Positions 19,579-28,538 of a DNA stretch of 64,000 bases are shown here, piece after piece. The notes beneath the pieces were generated by a model. That model saw nothing but the letters and a program-made list of their open reading frames with translations. It was not told the DNA's origin and searched no databases. Source of the stretch: Longimicrobiales bacterium (GTDB lineage: Bacteria; Gemmatimonadota; Gemmatimonadetes; Longimicrobiales; Gaopeijiaceae). The DNA is taken from NCBI GenBank assembly GCA_963422615.1, contig OY730414.1, positions 1,906,302-1,970,301 of the forward strand. The letters run 5' to 3'. The translations under genes were made by a program, and so were the position numbers. The first letter of the stretch is position 1. Each line of letters begins with the position of its first letter.

Positions 19579-19633
19579 ATGGGGGACGGCGGTCCCCAAG
19601 GGAGCTCCTTCGTCAAAAGGGGTTTCGTCCGCT

Positions 19634-20842
19634 CTACACGCATGCCCGCCGGATGCCCTCCACGGCCGCTCCCAGAGCCCCCACCGCTTCGTCCAGTTGG
19701 GGATTCGTCACGTAGGGTGCCGGACCCAGGCGGAGGACGGTACCCCGGTAGTCGGTGAACACCCGACGTCTTCGTAGCGCGACGGAGATCTCCCGGGCGT
19801 GAGGCGTCTCCAGAGCAAGGAAACCGCCCCTTCGTCGGAGCGGGAGGGAGCGGTCCCGGGTCAGGACGGCGGGATCCAGATCCAGGTTGTCGATCCCGAC
19901 CGCGAGACGCCGGATCTGGGCCTGGTTCCGCTCCCGGAGTCGGCCCACTCCGAGGCGGTTATCCCGGAAGAATCCGAAGACAGACGCCGCGCGATAGTGA
20001 CTGACAGGATCGTAGGTGGAGCCCGCGAAGCGGAGGTGTCCGGCTCCGTAACCCGTCTCCCCCGCTTCCGGGCGACGGGCAAGCGCTCCGAATTCGGCAA
20101 ACCAGCCCGTCAGAACGGGTCGCAGCGTGCAGTGCTCCGGAAACCGGAGGAAGGCGTTCCCTTCCCCCAATTGGCAGTACTTGTAGCCGCCGCCCACGAC
20201 GAACGCCCCGTCCAACTCCATTTTGCTGACCGAGAAGGGAACCACATTGACGGCGTGGTAGGCGTCCACGAGCATTTCGGCGCCCACCCGCGCGCACGCT
20301 CGGGCCATGGCATCCATCCCGTCAACGATCCGGGCATCGCGAAAAAGGACCGATGAGACGAGGACCGCCGCCGTCCGATCGTCTACGGACTCCGTGATCG
20401 CTTCTGCAACGGAAACATCTCCGCCGACGGGAACCTTGGCGACGTCAATGCCTTCGCTCCGGAGGCGGTCCAGCTGGCGGCGAATGGTATGGAACTCCCC
20501 ATCGGTGGTGACCAGCCGAGGCCGCTCTTTCAGGGGGAGGGCCGAAAGGAACCGCGTGACCAATTCGTGGGTGTTCTGGCCAAGGGCGATGTGACCGTGG
20601 GCGTCGTCCAGGAGACGGCGATATCCGGCCCGTACTTTGTCCGCGATTTCGAAGGCGCGGTCCCACTTGTCATCAACGTACCGGGCGGCGTCCAGCCAGG
20701 CCCGCTGCTGGGCCGCAAAGGCGACGTCGGGCCAAGCTTGGTGAGAGTGGCCCGTGAGGAGCACCCGATCCGAGACCCGAAAGCGGGAGTAGTGACGGGC
20801 CAGAGATTCGGGCGTGATGGGTTCCGGAGTCCGAGCGTTCAC
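19634..20842 (-). CDS. kynU: Kynureninase (class V PLP enzyme)
   Basis: DAYHAV, GGGYKY (PLP Lys), TGWFA, DYRG..LRLGPAPY; adjacent to TDO. Confidence 0.8.
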   Translation of the reverse strand: MNARTPEPITPESLARHYSRFRVSDRVLLTGHSHQAWPDVAFAAQQRAWLDAARYVDDKWDRAFEIADKVRAGYRRLLDDAHGHIALGQNTHELVTRFLSALPLKERPRLVTTDGEFHTIRRQLDRLRSEGIDVAKVPVGGDVSVAEAITESVDDRTAAVLVSSVLFRDARIVDGMDAMARACARVGAEMLVDAYHAVNVVPFSVSKMELDGAFVVGGGYKYCQLGEGNAFLRFPEHCTLRPVLTGWFAEFGALARRPEAGETGYGAGHLRFAGSTYDPVSHYRAASVFGFFRDNRLGVGRLRERNQAQIRRLAVGIDNLDLDPAVLTRDRSLPLRRRGGFLALETPHAREISVALRRRRVFTDYRGTVLRLGPAPYVTNPQLDEAVGALGAAVEGIRRACV

Positions 20843-20892
20843 GTCCCGGGTTCAAGCGTCGAAGGGAAGCACGGCACGCCCTTTTTCGCCAA

Positions 20893-21705
20893 CTACAAGA
20901 CGGCCCGGATCGCCCATAGATCCGGGAACGCGGGCTTGCCCAAAGTCGTGATCAGGTACTCGGCACCGGTCGAACCCCCCGTGCCGCCCCTACTCCCAAT
21001 GGTGCGCTGCACCATCTTCACGTGCCGGTACCTCCATTCCTGGAAGCCCTCGTCCAGGTCCACCAGGCGCTCGCACAAACCGGAGAGTTCCGGGTCCGTA
21101 CGGTAGATCCGGACCAAGGCTTCCTGAACGTCCCGGTCGGATACGACGGTCTCCGTAACCTTCCGTTCAAGAACGCCGGCGGGAATCGCGTATCCCCTGT
21201 CGGCCAGAAAGTGAAGGAAAGCGTCCCACAGGGTGGGCTCCGCAAATCGCCGCTCCAGGCGGCGGCGCTCCACACACGCCTCGGGAAAGCCGCGGAGAAT
21301 GGCAGGTCGCTTTTCGCCTAGAACACACTCCAGCTCCCGAAACTGGGCCGACTGGAATCCGCTCGCCGACTCCAGGCGATCCCGGAAGGAATTGAACTCC
21401 ACGGGCGTCATGGTCTCCAATACGTCCAGCTGGGCGACCAGAACCTTGAGAATCGTAAGCACGCGCTTGAGGGAAGCCGCGGCTCGGTGTCCGGCCCCTT
21501 TCGCCAGAAGCGCGCATACGTGGTCCAGTTCCTGGAGGACGACCTTGAACCAGAGCTCATAGACCTGGTGGATCACGATGAACAGCATTTCGTCGTGCTC
21601 CTCCGGATCCGCGAGGGGGGACTGAAGGGAAAGCAGTTCGGGGACTTTGAGGTAGCTCTGGTAGGTAACGAAGCCTTGGTGTCGGTTGCCTTCATGTCGG
21701 TTCAT
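20893..21705 (-). CDS. kynA: Tryptophan 2,3-dioxygenase
   Basis: HDEMLFIVIHQVYELWFK, ASGFQS, WRYRHVKMVQRTIG, GTGGS. Confidence 0.96.
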   Translation of the reverse strand: MNRHEGNRHQGFVTYQSYLKVPELLSLQSPLADPEEHDEMLFIVIHQVYELWFKVVLQELDHVCALLAKGAGHRAAASLKRVLTILKVLVAQLDVLETMTPVEFNSFRDRLESASGFQSAQFRELECVLGEKRPAILRGFPEACVERRRLERRFAEPTLWDAFLHFLADRGYAIPAGVLERKVTETVVSDRDVQEALVRIYRTDPELSGLCERLVDLDEGFQEWRYRHVKMVQRTIGSRGGTGGSTGAEYLITTLGKPAFPDLWAIRAVL

Positions 21706-21808
21706 CGCCCAGGCTCCTTGGGTCGGAAGGAGGTGGATGGAGGTCGGGCGGGGCCCCTAGTCGCCTGCGCTCCCGGGTCGCCTCATCGTCGGGTCCGGAT
21801 GGGCCCGT

Positions 21809-24154
21809 TCACTCAGCCGAGCCCGCCGCCGACCCGAAGCGCGGCGTGTATTCGTTGAGGGATTCGTACGGATTGGGCCACGGCAACGGGTACGCCAAGG
21901 CGTATGCCGCGTGTCGAACCCAGTAGGGATCCCACAGGTGAGCTCGGGCCATGAGGCACAGATCGGCTCGGCCCGCCGCGATGATCCCGTTGACGTCTTC
22001 AAAGGAGGAGATGTTGCCCACGGCCATCGTGGGGATCCCGGCTTCGTGGCGAATCCGATCCGCAAACGGGGTCTGAAACTGGCGCCCGTAGCGGGGTTCC
22101 TGATAGGGCACAGTCTGCCCGGCGGAGACATCCACAATGTCGCAGCCAGAGGCCTTCAGAGCCCGGGCGATTTGTACGGCGTCTTCCGGTACGGTGCCCC
22201 CGGGCCACCAGTCAACGGCCGAGATGCGAACCGAAAGGGGCCTTTCTTCGGGCCACGCGGCCCGTACCGCCGCAAGAACGCGAAGCGGAAAGCGGAGGCG
22301 ATTCTCCAGATTCCCTCCGTACGGATGGGGCCGCAGGTTGGTCAGGGGAGACAGAAAGCCGGCCAGCAGATAGCCGTGGGCCATGTGGATCTCCAGAAGG
22401 TCGAAGCCAGCTTCCAGGGCCATGACGGTGGCACCCTCGAAGTCGGCCACCAGCGCGTCCATGCCCGCCTCGTCCAGCGGCTCCGGAGCGGGGCTGTGGT
22501 CGAAGTACCCGACGGGGGAAGCCGACACGATGGGCCAACCCCCTTCTTCCAGGGGCTCGTTAGATCCCTCCCAGTCCAGCCGGGTGGCGCCCTTTCGTCC
22601 AGCGTGACCCAGCTGAATGCCGATCTTGGCATCGCTGAAGCGGTGAACGAATTCCACGAGCCGTCGCCAAGGGTCCAGGTGTTCAACTCGATACAACCCC
22701 GCACACCCCGGCGAGATCCGCCCGTTCCGAGCGACGGCGGTCATCTCGGCCATCACGAGCCCCGCGCCTCCGACGGCCCGGGACCCGAGGTTGACCAAGT
22801 GCCAGTCGTTGATCTGCCCGTCTTCGGCAGAATACTGGCACATGGCCGACACCCCCACCCGGTTTGCCAGCGTCATCTCTCGCAAACGAAAGGGAGTAAA
22901 GAGCGGAGGGGGCGGCTTGGTCCTTCCGGTTCCCCGGTCAACCCCCAGGGAAGCCTCGTGAGAGGCGATCGTGCGTCCCGTCTGGGCCCGGGCCTGGTCG
23001 GCTACCCAGCGGTCTACCTCCTCCACAAAGCCCGGGTCCCGTTCCCGAAGGTTCTCGTGGGAGATGCGCAGGCTCCGGGTGAGAAGGGAGAAGGCGAACT
23101 GGATCGGCTCCATGCGAAGATACCGCTCCGTGTCCTCGAACCACTGGAGGCTGGCCTGAGCGGCCCGCTGGAGGGACTCGACAGGGGGACGGCGCTCTGC
23201 CTCGTAGGCCACCAGCGCCTCTGCCACGTTGGCCGTACGATCCAGGGCCTCCGCCAGGGCGATCCCGTCCAGCAAGGCCAAGCGGGTGCCGGATCCCACG
23301 GAGAAATGAGCGGTGTGAGCTGCGTCTCCGAGCAGCACGACATGGCCCCCGGGACCCCCTCCTGCCCGGCCCAAGGGAACCGACCAGCGGAGGTTGCGAA
23401 CCGTCGGAAAGCCGCGCCAGACCGAGTGGTTCAGGACCAGGGGGTGGCCGTCCAGCTCCTCGGCGAAGAGCCGGGACAGAAAGCGGACGGTGTCCTCTTC
23501 TCCGGCCGTGTCCATCCTCGCCCGCCGCCACGTCTGTTCCGTGGCCTCCACGATGAAGGTAGCATTGCCCAAGGTGTCGTACGGGTAGGCGTGCACCCGC
23601 CAGAGGCCGTGGCTGTCTTCCTTGAAGTAGAAGGTAAAGGCGGAAAAGGGCTGCGTGGTGCCCAACCAGACGAAGCGGTTGGGCCGGAGGTCGATCGCGG
23701 GTTCGAAGGTCCCGGCAAACCGGCGACGCACCGTGCTGTTGACCCCGTCGGCCCCGACGACGAGGTCCGCGTCCAGGTAGGGGGTCAGGTCGCGGACATC
23801 CGTGCCGAAGTGGAGCTGGACCCCGATTTGCACGCAACGCCTGTGCAGCAGGAAGAGAAGCGCCCGCCGGGACAGCCCCGCAAAGCCGTGGCCTGTCGAT
23901 TGCAAGCGCCGGCCCCGATAGTGGATGTGGATGTCGTCCCAGTGGTGGAAGCCCTTCTCGATGGCCCGGTGGGTCTCGGGATCCGATTCGGCCACCTCCT
24001 GAAGCGCCGCATCGGAGAAGACAACCCCAAAGCCGAAGGTGTCCCCCGGGCGATTGCGCTCGAAGACCGCGACCCTGCGGGAAGGATCCGACTTCTTCAG
24101 GAGGATCGCCGCGTAGAGTCCCCCCGGCCCCCCTCCGACCACGTTGACCCTCAT
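21809..24154 (-). CDS. abmA: Bifunctional anthraniloyl-CoA monooxygenase/reductase (salicylyl-CoA 5-hydroxylase family)
   Basis: N-terminal FAD monooxygenase (GGGPGGL, TFGFGVVFSD, GDAAHTAHFSVGSGT) fused to an OYE-type domain (MCQYSA, HAGRKG, HMAHGYLL). Confidence 0.9.
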   Translation of the reverse strand: MRVNVVGGGPGGLYAAILLKKSDPSRRVAVFERNRPGDTFGFGVVFSDAALQEVAESDPETHRAIEKGFHHWDDIHIHYRGRRLQSTGHGFAGLSRRALLFLLHRRCVQIGVQLHFGTDVRDLTPYLDADLVVGADGVNSTVRRRFAGTFEPAIDLRPNRFVWLGTTQPFSAFTFYFKEDSHGLWRVHAYPYDTLGNATFIVEATEQTWRRARMDTAGEEDTVRFLSRLFAEELDGHPLVLNHSVWRGFPTVRNLRWSVPLGRAGGGPGGHVVLLGDAAHTAHFSVGSGTRLALLDGIALAEALDRTANVAEALVAYEAERRPPVESLQRAAQASLQWFEDTERYLRMEPIQFAFSLLTRSLRISHENLRERDPGFVEEVDRWVADQARAQTGRTIASHEASLGVDRGTGRTKPPPPLFTPFRLREMTLANRVGVSAMCQYSAEDGQINDWHLVNLGSRAVGGAGLVMAEMTAVARNGRISPGCAGLYRVEHLDPWRRLVEFVHRFSDAKIGIQLGHAGRKGATRLDWEGSNEPLEEGGWPIVSASPVGYFDHSPAPEPLDEAGMDALVADFEGATVMALEAGFDLLEIHMAHGYLLAGFLSPLTNLRPHPYGGNLENRLRFPLRVLAAVRAAWPEERPLSVRISAVDWWPGGTVPEDAVQIARALKASGCDIVDVSAGQTVPYQEPRYGRQFQTPFADRIRHEAGIPTMAVGNISSFEDVNGIIAAGRADLCLMARAHLWDPYWVRHAAYALAYPLPWPNPYESLNEYTPRFGSAAGSAE

Positions 24155-25338
24155 GGGGTGCCCTTCAGGATCGCATCCCCGATGATCAGGTGCTGGATCT
24201 CGGTCGTTCCCTCGTAGATTCGCAACGCCCGAACGCTTCGGTAAAGGTGCTCGACCGGGTGGTCCGTCAGCATCCCCCTTCCCCCGAGAATCTGGACGGC
24301 CCGGTCTACGATGCGCTGGGCGGCTTCAGTGGAGAACGCCTTGGCCATCGCCGCTTCCACGGTGATCCGCGGTGATCCGCGGTCCTTCTCCCAGGCGGCC
24401 CTGTAGGTCAATAGACGTCCGGCGGTCAACTCCATGGCCGACAAGGACAACTTCTCCTGGACGAGCTGAAACGACCCCAAGGCCTTGCCGAATTGCTTCC
24501 TTTGCCGGGCGTGGCACACGGCTTCCCGGAGCGCTCTGCCCGCCATGCCGCACGCAGCCGCGGCGACCGTGGGCCGCAACCGATCCAGGGTCGCCATGCC
24601 GACCTTGAAGCCGCCCCCCTCTTCCCCCAGAAGGGCCCAGGCCGGAAGACGGCAGTCGCGGAACCGGATCTCCCCCAACGGGTGAGGAACGCTCATGATC
24701 AAGGGACGAACGAATTCAACCCCGTCTCCTTGAGCGGGCGCGAGGAAGCAAGAGATGCCCCGGGTGGCCGGGACGGCCTTGGCGCCGGACGCCGTCTTGA
24801 CCCCTCTGCCGCCGGTCTTCGCAAAAACGACGTAGAAGTCGGCGATACCCGCGTTGGAGATGAAGGTCTTACGCCCGCTCAGCCGGTATCCGTCCCCTTC
24901 CCGGAAGGCCCGGGTGGTCATGGAAGCCACGTCGGAGCCGGCGTCCTGCTCGGTCATGGCGAAGGCCCCCATGGCCTCCCCAGCCAGGGCCCGCCGCCCC
25001 CATCCGCCGGGGTCCCGACCCAGGATCAGGCCTGGGACCGCGCTCAGGGCCTGCAGGGCGAAGACGGCATCTGCCAGGGGAGACCACCACGCCAGCACCT
25101 CCCGGGCGACCAGGCAGCCCCGGACATCCCCATCGCCGACGGGCCGAAACAGCCCCGCCCGGCCCATCAGGGATACCAGCTCCTTGGCCCGAACTCGTGC
25201 GGCTGCGTCGGTCTGCGGACCGGGACCCTCGCCGAAGTGTTCTTCGCAAAATGCGATGACCCGCTCCCGATACTCCCTGTGGGCGGACTCGACAAAGGCG
25301 GCAACCGGCTCCAGTGAGAGTCCGCCGTCGTCAAACAA
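24151..25338 (-). CDS. Acyl-CoA dehydrogenase
   Basis: FAMTEQDAGSD, GRKTFISNA, RKQFG, RIYEGTTEIQ. Confidence 0.93.
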   Translation of the reverse strand: MFDDGGLSLEPVAAFVESAHREYRERVIAFCEEHFGEGPGPQTDAAARVRAKELVSLMGRAGLFRPVGDGDVRGCLVAREVLAWWSPLADAVFALQALSAVPGLILGRDPGGWGRRALAGEAMGAFAMTEQDAGSDVASMTTRAFREGDGYRLSGRKTFISNAGIADFYVVFAKTGGRGVKTASGAKAVPATRGISCFLAPAQGDGVEFVRPLIMSVPHPLGEIRFRDCRLPAWALLGEEGGGFKVGMATLDRLRPTVAAAACGMAGRALREAVCHARQRKQFGKALGSFQLVQEKLSLSAMELTAGRLLTYRAAWEKDRGSPRITVEAAMAKAFSTEAAQRIVDRAVQILGGRGMLTDHPVEHLYRSVRALRIYEGTTEIQHLIIGDAILKGTP

Positions 25339-26149
25339 ACCGGGCTCTCCGCTTTTCCTTGAACGCTTGGTACGCCTCTTGGAAGTTGGAATTCAGCATA
25401 CACCCGGCCTGGGCCCGGGCTTCGGCTTCGAGCGCTCCTTCCAGCTCCATGTGCGCTTCCCGGTTCAAAGCGTCCTTGGTGACCTCCAGGGCGAAGGAAG
25501 GTCCCCGGGCCAGCGCTTCGGCAAATGCAGTGGCCGCCGCAGACACGTCGGCGTCCGGAACGACCCGGTTGTAGAGCCCGATTCGGTGAGCTTCCCGGGC
25601 ATCCATGAACTCCCCCGACATGAGAAGCTCGGTTGCCCTTCCCAGACCGACGATCCGGGGCAGCATCCAGGCTGCACCCATATCCGCGCCGGAGAGCCCG
25701 ACGCGAGAGAAGAGGAAGGCGATCCGGGCCGACTCGGCGGCAATGCGCACGTCGCACGCGGTGGCAATGACCGCGCCTGCGCCGGCCACGGTTCCGTTCA
25801 GCGCCGCCACGACGGGCTTGGGACAACGCCGAATCGCCAGGATCAGATCGCAGGTCATGCGGGTGAAGTCCAGCAGCCCCTCGAAGTCCCGTTCGAAGAG
25901 GGCGCCGATGATTTCCTCCACATCCCCCCCGGTGCAGAATCCCCGCCCGGCCCCGGTGATGACCACGGCCCGGACAGCCGGTTCCCCGCCAAGGGACCGG
26001 AAGGCGTTCCGCAGCTCGTCGTAGACCTCGAATGTGAGGGCGTTCAGCCGCTCGGGGCGGTTCAGCGTAATCCGGGCGACGGAGGTTTCGGGGTCCACAG
26101 CCAGCAGAAAAGACCGGGGCGGATCAAGGCGGGGTGACGGGCCGGACAT
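25331..26149 (-). CDS. Enoyl-CoA hydratase/isomerase
   Basis: LNRPERLNAL, GFCTGGD, KPVVAALNG.VAGAG, GADMG. Confidence 0.92.
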   Translation of the reverse strand: MSGPSPRLDPPRSFLLAVDPETSVARITLNRPERLNALTFEVYDELRNAFRSLGGEPAVRAVVITGAGRGFCTGGDVEEIIGALFERDFEGLLDFTRMTCDLILAIRRCPKPVVAALNGTVAGAGAVIATACDVRIAAESARIAFLFSRVGLSGADMGAAWMLPRIVGLGRATELLMSGEFMDAREAHRIGLYNRVVPDADVSAAATAFAEALARGPSFALEVTKDALNREAHMELEGALEAEARAQAGCMLNSNFQEAYQAFKEKRRARFV

Positions 26150-26228
26150 GGGGGAGTGGCAGCCTGGGATGACGGGAAGACTCGGTGGGGAGACCCCGTA
26201 AAGTATAAGGCTCGGGCCCCCGTATCGG

Positions 26229-26645
26229 TCAGCGATTCTGTGCGGCGCCAATCACCGCCGTAGCCTGGATTTCAACCACCGCATCGGGGTGTACCAGCTC
26301 CCGGACCGCCAGGAGGGCCATGGCCGGAAAGTGCCTTCCGAAGACCCTTCTGTATTCTGCGCCGATCTCCGCCAGGGACCCGCGGTAGGCGGCCATGTCC
26401 GTAACATAGATGGTCAGACGACCGACATCGGCGACCGCTCCCCCGGCCTCCGCCACGACCCGCGCCACGTTCGCCAGGGCGACACCGAATTGTTCCGCCA
26501 ACCCGCTCCCGACGATTCTGCCCTGACGGTCCGCGCCAATCTGCCCGGCAACGAAGAGGACCCTGCCCCCGGGAGGAGAGAGCATGCCGTGGTTCCAGCC
26601 CCGGGGACAGCCCAGTTCGATGGGGTTCTTGATCTCGAAGCTCAC
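26229..26645 (-). CDS. Rid (YjgF/YER057c/UK114) family protein
   Basis: LFVAGQIG, HFPAMALL, VEIQATAV. Confidence 0.88.
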   Translation of the reverse strand: MSFEIKNPIELGCPRGWNHGMLSPPGGRVLFVAGQIGADRQGRIVGSGLAEQFGVALANVARVVAEAGGAVADVGRLTIYVTDMAAYRGSLAEIGAEYRRVFGRHFPAMALLAVRELVHPDAVVEIQATAVIGAAQNR

Positions 26646-27418
26646 CGGAGAAGCCCCCCGCCATCTATGATAAGAGAACTGCCCTGAAACGAAGCCGATT
26701 CGTCGGCGACAAAGGTCATGACCGCGCGGGCCACCTCCCGGGCGGTCACCAAACGGCCCTCGGGCTGCATCTTCGCCAGGTTGGCGCGCACTTCCTCAGG
26801 ATCCCGACCCGTCGCCGCGGCGATCCGCCGTACGCTCTCGTCCGTCATGGGCGTATCCACGTAGCCGGGGCATACGGCGTTCACCGTCACTCCGGTTCCA
26901 GCCAGTTCGGCCGCCAGGCAGCGGGTCATTCCCAGAAGGGCGTGCTTGGAAGCCGCATAGGCGGCGATGTACCTGGCTCCGGAATGGCTCGCTACCGACG
27001 CCATGTTTACGATTCGTCCCCACCCGCGGTGCAACATGGCGGGCAGGAACGCTTGGGTACAGAGGAAGGGCCCGGTCGCGTTCACCCGGTGGATGAACTC
27101 CCATTCGTTCAGGGTGATTTTCCGGAAGGGCCCGGACCGGGCGACTCCGGCATTGTTCACCAAGATGTCCACAGGTCCGAATACGCTCCGGGATTCGTCG
27201 GCAAGGGCCCGAACGGCGTGAGGATCGGCAACATCACACACCGTGGCGTGGACAGCACCGCCCCCGGCGCGCACCTCATCGGCCACGGCTTCAACCTGGT
27301 CGCGGCTTCGGGCGGCCACCACGACCCTCCCCCCCGAAGACGCCAGGGCCCGAGCCACCGCGGCTCCGATCCCCCTTCCACCCCCCGTCACCACGGCCGT
27401 TTTCCCTACCGGCGTCAC
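26642..27418 (-). CDS. SDR family oxidoreductase (3-hydroxyacyl-CoA dehydrogenase-like)
   Basis: TGGGRGIG, NNAG, YAASKH, CPGYVDT. Confidence 0.92.
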   Translation of the reverse strand: MTPVGKTAVVTGGGRGIGAAVARALASSGGRVVVAARSRDQVEAVADEVRAGGGAVHATVCDVADPHAVRALADESRSVFGPVDILVNNAGVARSGPFRKITLNEWEFIHRVNATGPFLCTQAFLPAMLHRGWGRIVNMASVASHSGARYIAAYAASKHALLGMTRCLAAELAGTGVTVNAVCPGYVDTPMTDESVRRIAAATGRDPEEVRANLAKMQPEGRLVTAREVARAVMTFVADESASFQGSSLIIDGGGLLR

Positions 27419-28275
27419 GGGCCCTCCAGGGAGACCGGGTCCGAATCCGGTGGGCCCTCCGGGGAATCCCGGTCCAACTCAAAGCGGGCCGCGACTGCGT
27501 CCACCACGATCTTCCCCAGGACCTCAATCGTGCGCCTTCCCTCTTCCCGGGTGGCCGAGGCAGGATCGCCGCAGTAGGCGTCCGGGATGCCCGCCGCCTC
27601 GAAGGTGGCAATCCCGTCCCCGATCGGGGCCGTCAGAGACACGGCGTGCCTGGGAAGCTTGCGCCTGATACGATCCCGGACCATCTGGGGCGCGGCCGCC
27701 ATGACCACGGAGGTCTCGTAGCGACCCCCGTGACAAGCGCCGCTCCGGAACTCCTCGGTCAGACGGAGAGCCCACGGCCTGCGCGTGACGTCGGGGAAGA
27801 TCACGGGCATGGGCCCCGAGCAGGCCGCAGCACCCTCGCGAAGGGAGCGGAGGTGGGTCGGGTCCAGGTGGGCGTTGACCAATACCAGGGCCGCGGCGCC
27901 CTGGTTCCCGAGGGATCCGGCCACATCTGCTACCCATGCAGAAACCGTACCGGGGCGGAGGGAAATCGTTCCCGGGAACCCCGAGGCGAAGGGGGCCGCC
28001 GTGTACACAAAGGGGGGCAGAACGAGGGGGTGGAATCCGAGGCCCCGGAGGCCGGCCAAGGCCGCCGTCGCCGCCGCTTGGGCGATCACCCCATCGGTGA
28101 TGAGGGGGAGGTGGGCACCGTGGGCCTCAACGGCACCCACGGGCAAAAGGGCGATCACCGCTGCAGATCCATGGGCGGAGACGGTTCGACTCCCCTGCCC
28201 GACCAAACCGAGGTCGGCCAGTTCGGTCCATGTCGCATCACCCCATCTGTGGCTGTCCATTGATCGTGGCTCCAT
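27415..28275 (-). CDS. Creatininase/ArfB/MftE-family amidohydrolase
   Basis: LPVGAVEAHGAHLPLITD, FPGTISL, VNAH, HGGRYETS, GDPASATREEG; start 28275 or 28260. Confidence 0.88.
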   Translation of the reverse strand: MEPRSMDSHRWGDATWTELADLGLVGQGSRTVSAHGSAAVIALLPVGAVEAHGAHLPLITDGVIAQAAATAALAGLRGLGFHPLVLPPFVYTAAPFASGFPGTISLRPGTVSAWVADVAGSLGNQGAAALVLVNAHLDPTHLRSLREGAAACSGPMPVIFPDVTRRPWALRLTEEFRSGACHGGRYETSVVMAAAPQMVRDRIRRKLPRHAVSLTAPIGDGIATFEAAGIPDAYCGDPASATREEGRRTIEVLGKIVVDAVAARFELDRDSPEGPPDSDPVSLEGP

Positions 28276-28538
28276 GGTCCCGAACCTGAACGAGTCGCAC
28301 CGTCGCCCGGCGAGCCTGATCAACTTCGGCGACGTCCTTCGGAGCCAGCGGGCCATCCGGCCCGCAGTGGCGTCCGCGCTTATCAACATACGGAACCCGG
28401 CCGGCCGGCGCCGTCTAGGAAATCATCGGGTTATCGCGCAGATTGTACCTGGTGGATGCCCCCCCGGGGACTCATGTCGGACAACCAGGTCTTGCTTGCG
28501 GGGCTGCCCTGTATCCCGTACATGGAGATGTTTCACTC

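Noticed and set aside
19582..19597. GGGGAC/GTCCCC hairpin between the TonB receptor and kynU as a terminator
   Set aside because: Short stem with no U-tract on either strand; insufficient support.
21911..24217. 768-aa plus-strand ORF
   Set aside because: Antisense to the monooxygenase/reductase; no recognisable domain.
24360..24385. 10-bp tandem repeat cggtgatccg in the acyl-CoA dehydrogenase gene
   Set aside because: Frame is intact and local protein spacing looks normal, so it is probably chance.
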